Shown: one piece after another, positions 13,808 to 23,784 of the stretch
How the letters are laid out: the number at the start of each line of letters is the position of its first letter
Position numbering within the stretch: the stretch's first letter is position 1
Source of the DNA: an uncultured Gemmatimonadaceae bacterium
Lineage (GTDB): Bacteria > Gemmatimonadota > Gemmatimonadetes > Gemmatimonadales > Gemmatimonadaceae
NCBI GenBank assembly: GCA_963829055.1
Contig: CAWHHI010000010.1
Location: 96,001 to 160,000 of the forward strand
DNA length: 64,000 bases
Direction of reading: 5' to 3'
The notes under the pieces: generated by a model
The model's database searches: none
What the model was told of the DNA's origin: nothing
What the model saw: the letters and a program-made list of their open reading frames with translations, nothing else
Made by a program: the position numbers and the translations under genes

Positions 13808-16800
13808 CTAGGAAATCACTTTCGGTTTCGGCGTCAGGATACGCGGAGTCGTGCCGAACAGCTTGTTGATCGCGTCGATGCGCGTCCCGATCAGCCGATC
13901 GAGCCGCGCCTGCGCGGCGTCGGTCTCGGTCTTGAGCTCCGACGTGCGCAGCGTCTCGCCCGCCGTCGGCGCGTGAATGCCGCGCCACACCATGCCCGCC
14001 ACTCCGGTCACCTCCTCGCGGAGCCGCGGATATTGCCGATAGCCCATGACCGGCTCGGGCCTAACGAGCGTGGAGTCGCGGAAGTGCGTGAGCTCCTTGA
14101 TCGTGCTGTCCACGAGTGCCAGCGCCTGGTCGCGCTGCGCGACCTGACGCCCCCCTGAATCGAGCTGCTGTTTCAGGCCCTTGAGCTGCGTGAGCAGGTC
14201 GTTCGTGTTATCGACGATCCTGTTCACCCGCGCCGTGAGGTCTCGCAGCTCGAGTCCCGTGCGCTCCTGCGCGACGACGTCCGCCGGCGGCAGGTCATAC
14301 CGCGGATCGATCTCCACCACGACCGGCTTCGTGAGCTTCTTGCCGTCGACGTCGAGCGTGAGCGTGTATCGCCCGGCCTTCACCATCGGGCCCGGCGGCG
14401 TTCCGAAGCTCTCGAGCGTCACGTCGCGGTCGTAGACGCGCCACGGACCCTTGGGCGGCGGCGGCGCGTCGGGGCGCGGCCGCTCCACGCCGCCCTCGGG
14501 CGGCTCGAAGCGGAGATCCCACGTCGTGCGGTTGAGCCCCGACTGGTTAGGCAGCTTCTTGATCGTGCGGATGACGGCGCCGCTCGCATCGCTCACCGTC
14601 ATCGTCACCGCTTTGGCCGAGTCCTTGAGGACGTACGCGACGATCGCGCCGTACGGCGGATTTTCGCCGGCCCAGGCGCGGTAGCCGAGGTTGCCGTCAC
14701 GATTCGAGAAGTTCCAGCGGACCGCGGGGCGGACATCGAAGAGGGTGACGTCACTGCCTAACGCCGTTCGAATCTCCTGCAGCGGCGTGATGTCGTCGAG
14801 GACGTACAGGCCGCGGCCGTGCGTGGCGACGAGCAGATCGTTGTCGCGCGGGTGGATCTGGATGTCGCGGACCGGCACCACCGGCAGGTCGCCGCGGGCC
14901 GCGACCCAGTGGCCGCCGCGATCCCACGAGACCCACAGTCCCAGCTCGCTGCCGAAGTACAGGAGGTCGTGCCGGCGTGGATCCTCACGAATCACGTGGC
15001 CCCAGCCGGCGGTCTTCGGGAGATCGCCCACGATCGACTTCCACGTGCGCCCGAAGTCGGTCGTCATGAACACGTACGGCGCGTAGTCATCGTCCTGGTG
15101 GTGGTCGGCCACGACGTACGCGGTCCCGGCCGCGTCGCGCGACGCCTCCACCGTCGGAATCCAGGCGTTAGGCGCGAGGCCCGGGACGTTCTTGAAGACG
15201 TTCGCCCACGTCTTCCCGCCGTCGCGCGTGACCTGGACGTTGCCGTCGTCGGTGCCGACCCAGATGACGCTGGAGTCGAGCGGCGACGGCGCAATGCTGA
15301 GGAGCGTCGTGTGAAACTCTGCCGCCGTGTTGTCCACGACGATCTGACCGCCGGAGTTCTGCTGCTTCTTCGGGTCGTTCGTCGTGAGATCCGGCGAGAT
15401 CACGTCCCAGGAGTTTCCGAAATCGCGCGACCGGAAGAGCACGTTGCCGCCGAAGTACACGGTGCCCGGCTGGAGAGGCGTCACCGCGATGGGTGAGTTC
15501 CAGTTGAAGCGATACTTGTGGCCGAACATCATGTCGCCCACCGAGCCGACGCGGTTCGGGTAGGGGTAGATCGTCTTGATGTTGCCGGTGCGCGCGTCGG
15601 TGATGGTGATCATCCCGCCCTGCGCGTCGGAGTAGACGAGCCAGGGCTTCGCCACGTCCGGCACGGTGAAGAAGCCGTCGCCGTACGAGATCGGCACCCA
15701 GTCCGCGCGCTGCACGCCGCGCAGCGCGAAGCCCATGGTCGTGCCGCACCAGTTGCCGTTGTCCTGCAGCCCGCCGCACACGTGGTACGGCCGTTCCATA
15801 TCCACGTTGATGTGGTAGAACTGCGTGAACGGGTAGTTGTTCACCACGTCCCACGTGCGGCCGCCGTCGCCGCTCACTTGCCACCCGCCATCGGACCCTT
15901 CGAGAATGCGTCGCGGGTTCAACGGGTCGATCCACATCGCCTGATGGTCGCCATGCACATCGCCGCGAAGCTGCGTGAAGTTCGCGCCACCATCCTCCGA
16001 CAGGTACAGATTGCCGGAGAGCGCCCAGATGCGATTCGGGTTCTGCGGATCGACGCGGATGTCGGCGTAGTAGAAGGGGCGGAAGTTGATGTTCGGGTCC
16101 TTGTTCACCATGCGCCACGATTCGCCGGCGTCGTTGCTTCGCCACAGCTCTCCTTCATCCACCGTCTCGGTCACCACGTAGACGATGTTCGGATCACTCG
16201 GCGCCACGGCGACGCCGATCCGGTCCATCACCTTCTTCGGCAAGCCGCGTGTCTCGTTAGGCCCGCTCAGTCGGGTCCAGTGATCGCCGCCGTCCACCGA
16301 CTTCCACACCGACGTGTTCCCCGCCCCCGACTCGAGGTGCCATGCCCGCCGAAGGAACGTGTACATGCCGGCGTAGATCACGTTGCTGTTGCCCGCGTCG
16401 GCGGAGATGTCGGAGCAGCCCGTCTGCGCGTCGATGAACAGCACGCGCTTCCACGTGCGGCCGCCGTCAGTGGTCTTGAAGACGCCACGGTCCTCGTTCG
16501 GTCCCCACTCGCGCCCGAGTGCACACGCGTACACGACGTTCGCGTCGCGCGAATCGATGACGAGGCGTGCGATGCGGTCGGTCTTCTCGAGACCCATGCG
16601 GACCCAGTGCTCCCCACCATCGACCGATCTGTACACACCGTCGCCGAACGACGCATTGTTGCGCGGGTTCCCTTCACCGGTGCCGGCGTAGACCACGTTC
16701 GGATTCGACGGCGCCACCGCGATGGCCCCGATCGACGCGACGGACTGCCCGTCGAACACTGGCTTGAACGTCGTCCCGCCGTTGGTGGTCTTGATGATCC

Positions 16801-17023
16801 CTCCGTTGGCGCCGGCGACGAAGTACGTGGAGGGATCGCCCGCAATACCGGCGACGACCGAGACTCGGCCGGCATTGTTCGTTGGCCCGAGCGATCGCCA
16901 CGGCAGGCGGCCGAGCGTGGCGAGCTCGCGCGAGAGGCCGGGCGCTGGGGCGGGAACCTGCGCGTCGAGCGTAGGCGCGCCGGCGAAGACAACGGCGGTT
17001 GCGATTGCGAAGAGAGAGCGCAT
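13808..17023 (-). CDS. Secreted VPS10/sortilin-like (BNR/Asp-box) glycosyl hydrolase-like protein
   Basis: WRSLGPTNNAGRV, many S/TxDGGxTW Asp-boxes, GGLQDNG, ATHGRG. Confidence 0.9.
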   Translation of the reverse strand: MRSLFAIATAVVFAGAPTLDAQVPAPAPGLSRELATLGRLPWRSLGPTNNAGRVSVVAGIAGDPSTYFVAGANGGIIKTTNGGTTFKPVFDGQSVASIGAIAVAPSNPNVVYAGTGEGNPRNNASFGDGVYRSVDGGEHWVRMGLEKTDRIARLVIDSRDANVVYACALGREWGPNEDRGVFKTTDGGRTWKRVLFIDAQTGCSDISADAGNSNVIYAGMYTFLRRAWHLESGAGNTSVWKSVDGGDHWTRLSGPNETRGLPKKVMDRIGVAVAPSDPNIVYVVTETVDEGELWRSNDAGESWRMVNKDPNINFRPFYYADIRVDPQNPNRIWALSGNLYLSEDGGANFTQLRGDVHGDHQAMWIDPLNPRRILEGSDGGWQVSGDGGRTWDVVNNYPFTQFYHINVDMERPYHVCGGLQDNGNWCGTTMGFALRGVQRADWVPISYGDGFFTVPDVAKPWLVYSDAQGGMITITDARTGNIKTIYPYPNRVGSVGDMMFGHKYRFNWNSPIAVTPLQPGTVYFGGNVLFRSRDFGNSWDVISPDLTTNDPKKQQNSGGQIVVDNTAAEFHTTLLSIAPSPLDSSVIWVGTDDGNVQVTRDGGKTWANVFKNVPGLAPNAWIPTVEASRDAAGTAYVVADHHQDDDYAPYVFMTTDFGRTWKSIVGDLPKTAGWGHVIREDPRRHDLLYFGSELGLWVSWDRGGHWVAARGDLPVVPVRDIQIHPRDNDLLVATHGRGLYVLDDITPLQEIRTALGSDVTLFDVRPAVRWNFSNRDGNLGYRAWAGENPPYGAIVAYVLKDSAKAVTMTVSDASGAVIRTIKKLPNQSGLNRTTWDLRFEPPEGGVERPRPDAPPPPKGPWRVYDRDVTLESFGTPPGPMVKAGRYTLTLDVDGKKLTKPVVVEIDPRYDLPPADVVAQERTGLELRDLTARVNRIVDNTNDLLTQLKGLKQQLDSGGRQVAQRDQALALVDSTIKELTHFRDSTLVRPEPVMGYRQYPRLREEVTGVAGMVWRGIHAPTAGETLRTSELKTETDAAQARLDRLIGTRIDAINKLFGTTPRILTPKPKVIS

Positions 17024-17128
17024 TGGGCGTCTGGGTTCGTGACGCGGTGAAGGTCGCGCGATGAAGGCCAGCGCACAACCGAGACGCAGATTCCAGAGGG
17101 CGCTCGATGTTCGTTAGGTATGCGCGTT

Positions 17129-17258
17129 AGATGTTGATAGCAGGCGATTCTGGCCCCTAGCCAGAATTGGCAAATGCGCTCCGCATCGCGCCTGTCACGG
17201 AAGCGCTGTCCGTTGCCAATTCTGGCTATAGGGCCGGCCTCGCCTGCTATCAACATCT
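17129..17258. repeat. 130-bp imperfect inverted repeat (MITE-like or long hairpin)
   Basis: AGATGTTGATAGCAGGCGA (17129-17147) pairs with 17240-17258; TAGCCAGAATTGGCAA (17158-17173) pairs with 17213-17228. Confidence 0.85.
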
Positions 17259-17263
17259 CAAAC

Positions 17264-19928
17264 TCATCCGGCGGAGGGCCTGGAGCTGTCGATCTGGAAA
17301 TGCATGCGCTCCAGCAGCGCCGCAAACCGAGGATCCGAACGGAGGACGTCGAACCCGGGCGTCACCTTGAGCCCGTCCATGAACGACGCGTGCTCGGTGT
17401 ACCCGCGCTCCAGCCAGCGGAATGCCGCGTCCTTGTCACCGAGTCCGGCGTACGCGAGCGCGATGTGAAACGGCGGCAGGTAGCGACTTCCGTCGGAGGC
17501 CACCAGCGACTCGATGAGGCGTTTCCCATCGTCACGATGACCAGTGACGGCGTAGCCGTAGGCGAGGTGCGCGGAGTCGCGGACGCCGTTCAGCGCCGCC
17601 GCACGGCGAAACGCGTCGATTGCCTGGTCGTTCATTCCTTTCTGCAGGTACGCATGCCCGAGCAATTGAAGCGCCAGGTCGGATCGCGGGTTGAGCTCCA
17701 GCGTCTCCTGGAGGTCGCGGATCGCCTCGTCGGGCCGTCGGCTGCTCAGGTACACACGACCTGACATCAGGCCGGTAGGCGAAAGCGGGTCGAGCTCGCG
17801 CATAACGCGAAGTTGGGCCAGCGCTTCTTCCCCACGGCTCCGTCCCCACAGGAACGCGGCGTACCAGATGCGGGCCTGGGGGTACTTCGGATCCAACGCA
17901 ATGGCGGTCTTGAACGACGCTTCCGACGCCTTCCAATTCCATTCGTACGTCATCTGCTCGTGTGCGAGCGCGGCATGCGCTTCGCCCAGGTTCGGGTCGA
18001 GCGCGAGGGCGCGCTCCGCCGCCGCGCGAGCTTTCGGGGAAACGTCGCGCGGGCGCTCGAAGCCGAAAATGCCGAGCGACGCATACGCAGACGAGAGTCC
18101 AGCGTAGGCGCGCGCAAAGCCCGGATCCCGCTGCGTAGCCTCGGCGAAGTACTGCACTGCCCGGTGCAGCTCCGCCCGTCGCCGCGTGGAGACGAAGTAC
18201 TGGCCCTTCAAGTACAGCTGATACGCCTCGAAGTCTTCGGTCGGCCGCTCGGCGAGGCGGGTCGGCACGTCGCTCCCGGTCAGACGAACCGACAGCGCGG
18301 TCGCGATGGCACGCGCGATCTGTTCCTGAACGGCGAAGATGTCGCGGCGATCACGATCGTAGCTCGCCGACCACACCACGCGGTCGTCTCGTGCGTCGAC
18401 GAGCTGAGTCGCTACCTTCAGCCGCTCCTGGTCCCGTCGCACGGTGCCCTCGACCACGTAGTTCACGTGCAGCGTGTCGGCGATGGTTCGGGCGGCGAGA
18501 TTCTTCCCCTTGAGTGCAAAGCTCGAAGTGCGCGGGCGGACTGTCAGAGCCGGAACTCTGCCAAGCGCGGCGATCAGATCGTCCGTCAGCCCGTCGGTAA
18601 ACGGCTCGTCGTCGGCATTGCCGCTCGTGCTGACGAACGGAAGCACGGCAATCGACGGCGCCGCTGGCGCGACACGCGGGTCGGTGCGCCAAAGCGTCAC
18701 CAGCAACGCGGCGGCGGCAACGACGAACAACGAGACAGCACCGAACACGCACCCGCCTCGAGACGCGCGCGCGATACGACGTCGGACGAGTGACCGCTCG
18801 CGGGTCGGTGGCGATCGTGGCGTCGTCGAGGACGCGCAGCACCTGCGTCGCATCCTGCGGCCGCTCGGCGGGAGCCTTTGCCAGGAGCTGCATAACGAGA
18901 CTCCCGAGTGCCGATGGGACATCCGGCCGCAGGACGCCAATCGGTGTGGGAGGCTTGGTCAAATGCGCCTCCGTCAGCTCTCGCACGCTTCGGCCGGAGA
19001 ACGGCGTCGCGCCGGCAAGCATCTCATACGCCACCAGGCCGAGTGCGTAGAGATCTGCGCGGTGATCCGTCTCGGCATCGCCGAGCGCCTGTTCCGGCGC
19101 CATGTACGCGCGTGTGCCGATCACCAGACCGATCGCGCTGAGCGTTTCGTGCGCCTTCTGCTCGTCGGAACCCACAGCCGCAGCCAGCGCCTTTGCCACA
19201 CCAAAGTCGGCCACCAGCGCATCGCCATCGCGGTTGAGCAGGATGTTCTCGGGCTTGATGTCCCGGTGGACGACGCCGTGTCTGTGGGCGTGGGCCAGGG
19301 CGCGGGCGACATCGCGCAGCACGCGAACGGCATCCTCGATCGGCAGCGGGCCGTCGCGGGCGAGACGAGCGCGTAAGCTCTTCCCGTCCACGAAGGGCAT
19401 GATGTAGTACAGATGTCCGGAGCCCGCGCCGGAGTCGTACAGCGGCAGGATGTGCGGATGGTTGAGCTGTGCCGCGATCTCGATCTCGCGCTGAAATCGG
19501 CGGGCGCCTGACGACGCACCGACGACGGACGTGAGCGCCGGATGGACGACTTTGAGCGCGACGGCGCGGTGATGTCGTTCATCACGGGCGAGGTAGACGG
19601 TGGCCATGCCGCCGCGCCCGAGCTCTCGCTCGATGGTGTACCGGTCGCCTAACGCTGCCTGCAGCTCGGCGGGCACCTCGTGCGTTGCGCCGAAGTGGGC
19701 CGCGTCGACGTGCTCGAGCAACGGTGCGGCGAAGAATGGTGCGGGCTCTCTCAGAAACCCGTCCGCGGCGTCCGCCTGCTCGCACCCGCGCAGCAGATGC
19801 TCGACTTGCGCCCGCAGGTCCGGGTCGGTGCAAGCCTGCTCGAGGAACGCGACGCGCTCGTGCTCGGGCCGCTCGAGGGCATCGGCCGCGAGCCGCTTCA
19901 CCTCCTGCCAGCGTTCGACACTAGTCAC
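17264..19928 (-). CDS. Ser/Thr protein kinase with TM segment, TolB-like (SIAVLPF) domain and TPRs (frameshift near 18790)
   Basis: LGRGGMATVY, HRDIKPEN, DFG, YMAPEQ; SIAVLPFV...DGLTDDLI; TPR tail ending LRSDPRF; GTG overlaps the ECF stop. Confidence 0.92.
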
Positions 19929-20517
19929 GCCGGAGCTCCTGATAGAGCCAGCCCCTCGCGGTGACCCACTCGCGCGCGACGGTGCGTTGCGAGACACCGA
20001 GCGCCGTTGCCGTTTCCTCTTCCGTCAGGCCTCCAAAGAAGCGGCATTCCACCACGCGGGCTTGCCGCTCATCGAGTCGGGCGAGCCGCTCCAGCGCCTC
20101 ATCCAGCGCAACCAGTGCGTCGGCACGCTCGGCGACCGGAATGTCGGTGTCTTCGAGCGGAACGGGTCGCACCGGCGCGCCATCGTCCCCGCCGCCCCGG
20201 CGCGCAGCGCGATACCGGCGCGCGTAGTCCACCAGAATGCGGCGCATCGCGCCCGAGGCCACGGCAAAAAAGTGCCCGCGATCCTGCCACTCGGCCCGCG
20301 TCTGATCGACCAGCTTCAGATACGCTTCGTGCACGAGCACGGTCGTGGAGAACGTGTGCCCCACGGGTTCCGCGCGAAGCTGCAGGTGGGCGATGCGCCT
20401 CAACCGCTCGTAGACGAGGGGCACGAGACGGTCCATCGCGTCGGGCGCGCCGTTGCGCAAGGCGAACAGCGCCTCCGTGATCGCCTCCGGATCCTCCGGG
20501 CTCGGCTCAACGCGCAT
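19921..20517 (-). CDS. ECF sigma factor, TIGR02999/ECF43-like kinase-associated type
   Basis: LVPLVYERLRRIA, HTFSTTVLVHEAYLKL, MRRILVDYAR, VVECRFFGGLT, VAREWVTARGWL. Confidence 0.93.
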   Translation of the reverse strand: MRVEPSPEDPEAITEALFALRNGAPDAMDRLVPLVYERLRRIAHLQLRAEPVGHTFSTTVLVHEAYLKLVDQTRAEWQDRGHFFAVASGAMRRILVDYARRYRAARRGGGDDGAPVRPVPLEDTDIPVAERADALVALDEALERLARLDERQARVVECRFFGGLTEEETATALGVSQRTVAREWVTARGWLYQELRRD

Positions 20518-20626
20518 GCACCGTTGGCATCTTCTGTCGGTTTTCTGCGCGTGGCTTGATGGGGAAAGACTTCACGTTGGTTGCCCCCGAACGAAATCCA
20601 CCTGTCACCCATCAAGGAGATTTTCG

Positions 20627-21186
20627 ATGCGTCCCATGTCCGCACGAACTTCGCGCGCGGCGCGCGTTGCCGCCATGCCGCTCGTGGCCGCCGTCCTGGT
20701 CAGCTCAGCGTGTAGCGACCAGCCCACTGCCACGGCTCCGATTGGCGTCCGTCCGCGAAGTGTCCGCCCAGCCGGTTTCCACCAGCATCTCCACCGATCC
20801 GATAACGGACATCGTGACCGCCGTGACCGCGGCCTGGACTGCCAAGGACGCGTCGGCGTACACGGCAGCCTATGCGGAAGATGTGCAGGTGATCAATCCG
20901 CTCGGTGAGCTCCATCACCGGCCGGGACGCCCTTCGCGCGCAGCACGCGTTTCTCTTCGCCGGTCCATTCGCCGGCAGCACGCAGACGATCGAGGTGCGC
21001 GACATCCAATTCCTGACTGGAACGATCGCGATCGTTTACCAGGACGTGTCACTCACCGGGTACGCTTCTCTCCCGCCCGGGCTGCCGTCCAGCGGCGGAG
21101 TCGTGCGAACCCGCGTGACGTGGGTGGTGGAAAAGCGCGGCGGGAGCTGGGAGATCGTGTTCCAGCAGATGACGCCGCGCCTCTGA
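20627..21186 (+). CDS. Lipoprotein with SgcJ/EcaC (DUF4440, NTF2-like) domain (frameshifted)
   Basis: AAGGAG RBS, lipobox VSSAC, AWTAKDASAYTAAYAED, GRDALRAQHAFLFAGPF, WEIVFQQMT. Confidence 0.75.
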
Positions 21187-21214
21187 GCGGCATCGAGCTC
21201 ACGCGCGCGGCCGC

Positions 21215-21280
21215 CGAGCTGACCTCGACGTGCAACGTCGCCGGAGCCTAACGACTCGGCGACACGTCGAGGTCAGCTCG
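21215..21280. terminator. Hairpin between convergent genes; loop carries GCCTAACG
   Basis: 17-bp perfect stem 21215-21231/21264-21280 plus inner stem GTCGCCG/CGGCGAC. Confidence 0.6.
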
Positions 21281-21306
21281 CTGTGCGGCGACGGCGCACT
21301 GACACG

Positions 21307-22089
21307 CTAGAAGGCCGCCAGCCTCGCGTTCGGAATGTCCGTCACCAGCATGCAACCCGGCGCGTGCGTGATCGCGAACGGAATCCTTGCCGACACGATC
21401 GCCGCCTGGGGGGTGACACCACACGCCCAGAACACCGGCAGCTCATCCGCCGCGATGTCGACCGCGTCCCCGTAGTCCGGTCGTGCGAGATCTCGAATCC
21501 CGATCAGCGCCGGGTCGCCCAGGTGTACCGGCGCGCCGTGCACGGCCGGAAAGCGCGACGTGATCTGGATCGCGCGAATGGCATCCGCGGCGTTCATCGG
21601 CCGCATCGATACCACCAGCGGCCCTGAAAACCGGCCCGCGGGCTCGCACATCACGTTCGTCCGGTACATCGGGACCGTCGTGCCGGCGCTCAGGTGCTCG
21701 AGTGGAATCCCCTCGGCGGTGAGTGCCTCCTCGAACGAGAACGAGCACCCGATGACGAACGCGACGAGATCGTCGCGCCAGATATCGGCGACGCTCGGAG
21801 TCGACCCGACCAGGGCACCGTCGCGCCACACGCGGTAGCACGGAAGGTCGGTGCGGAGATCCACGTCTTCACCTAACGACGCGATGCGCGGATCACCCGG
21901 CTCCGACACCGCGATCAATGGGCACGGCTTGGGATTTCGCTGACAGAAGCGCAGGAAGTCGTCGGCGACGTTCGCGGGAAGCACCACGAGATTCCCTTGC
22001 ACGAACCCCGGCGCGAGGCCGGCGGTCTGCCCCGTGATGCGTTGCGCCCGAGCGGCCAGACGAACCGCGAGCGGGTCGGCGTTAGGCAT
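21307..22089 (-). CDS. Putative hydro-lyase, DUF1445/YcsI (D-glutamate cyclase family)
   Basis: [51 protein letters not shown]. Confidence 0.92.
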   Translation of the reverse strand: MPNADPLAVRLAARAQRITGQTAGLAPGFVQGNLVVLPANVADDFLRFCQRNPKPCPLIAVSEPGDPRIASLGEDVDLRTDLPCYRVWRDGALVGSTPSVADIWRDDLVAFVIGCSFSFEEALTAEGIPLEHLSAGTTVPMYRTNVMCEPAGRFSGPLVVSMRPMNAADAIRAIQITSRFPAVHGAPVHLGDPALIGIRDLARPDYGDAVDIAADELPVFWACGVTPQAAIVSARIPFAITHAPGCMLVTDIPNARLAAF

Positions 22090-22111
22090 GTCAGTGCGCT
22101 GTCAGCGGTTG

Positions 22112-23784
22112 TCAGTAACCGACGGCCATCCCGTCCTTTCGCGGGTCACTCGCTGCGGCGAACCCCTTCGGAAGTCGCACGATCGCCTGCGCACCGCCGA
22201 ACGCGACCGGAGGCTGGTCGATGAGCACATGGCCAAGAGCCTCGAGCGCCTTCCGGACGGAATCGGTCACGGGCGCCTCGAGCGCGACCCGCAGCCCGTC
22301 GTAGTGCCGGAACCGCGGCGCGTCGATCGCCGCCTGCAGATCCATACCGAACACGAAATAGTTGAGCAGGAACTGCACGTGTCCCTGTGCCTGCACGCCG
22401 CCACCCATGAGCCCGAAGCTCATGTACGCCTGCTCGCGGCCGTTCACCGTCTGCGTGACGAACGCCGGGATCAGCGTATGGAAGGGACGCTTGCCCGGCG
22501 CGACCGTGTTCGGGAGACCCGGCGTCAGGGTGAACCCGGCGCCACGGTTGTGCAGCACGAAGCCCGTCCCCGGCACGACGATCCCCGATCCGAAGTAGTC
22601 GTAGTTCGAATTGATGAACGACACCATGTTGCCCTCGGCGTCGGCGACCGTGAGGTAGACGGTCTCGCTCTTCGTGCGCGCCGGCCCCGGATCGACGCGC
22701 TCCTGCGCCCGCGTCGGGTTCATGTGACTGCGGCGCTCGGCGATGAACTCGTCGGTGAGCAGCTGCTCGGCGGGCATGTCGAGGTGGTCCGCGTCGCCCA
22801 CGAACCGATCGAGGTCGGCATAGGCGAGCTTCTTGGCCTCGATGAGGTGGTGCAGGTACGTCGGCGAGTTGTGCCCCATCGCCTTGAGATCGTACGTCTC
22901 GAGAATGCGCAGCATCTCGAGCGCCGCGATCCCCTGGTTGTTAGGCGGCAGCTCCCACACGCGGTAGCCGCGGAACGGCACCGAGATCGGTGTCACCCAG
23001 GTGGGAGCGTTCTTCTTCAGGTCATCGAGCGTGACGAAGCCATTGAGCGCGGACAGTCGCGCCACGATGCGCTGCCCCAAGCGCGCCGCCGTAGAACGTG
23101 CCGATGCCGTTCTTCGCGATGTCCTGCAGCGTGCGGGCGTAGTCGGGATTCTGGAACCACTCGCCCGCCTTCGGGGCGTGCCCGCCTCGGAGAAACGTGG
23201 CGGCGGCCGCCGAGTCGCGCTGGAGAAACGCGGTCTCATTCGCCCACTGCGCGGCGATGATCGGCGAGACGGGGAATCCGTCACGCGCGTACGCAATGGC
23301 GGGCTGTAGCGCCTGCGCGAGCGTTCGCTTGCCATGCGTGCGCACGAGCATGTCCCACCCCGCGAGCGCGCCGGGGACGGTCACCGACATGACGCCCTGC
23401 TGCGATCCGGCGCGAAAGCCGCGCGCCTGGAGCGTCTCGCGCGTCATGAGCGAGCCGGCGCGCCCGCTCGCGTTGAGCGCGACGAGCTTCTGCTCCCTGG
23501 CGAGCCAGACGATCGCGAACATGTCGCCGCCGATGCCGGTCATGTGCGGTTCGGTCACGCTCAGCACGGCGGCGGCGGCGACGGCGGCGTCGATGGCGTT
23601 ACCGCCCTGGCGCAGCACCTCGAGGCCAGCCGCGGAGGCGAGCGGTTGGCTCGTCGCGACGGCGCCGTTGGGGGCATAGACGGTGGATCGGCCGGCCAGG
23701 GTGGTCGGCCGTTGGGCCTGAAGCGCGACAGGGGCGGCGAGGAGCGTGGTGAGGGCGACGGCGATCGCGGCTGAGTCGGTTCAT
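22112..23784 (-). CDS. ggt: Gamma-glutamyltransferase (frameshifts near 23700 and 23080)
   Basis: GGNAIDAAVA, GIGGDMF, LPPNNQG, autoprocessing Thr in ETVYLTV, PGKRPFHTLIP, MGG, SDPRKDG. Confidence 0.92.
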
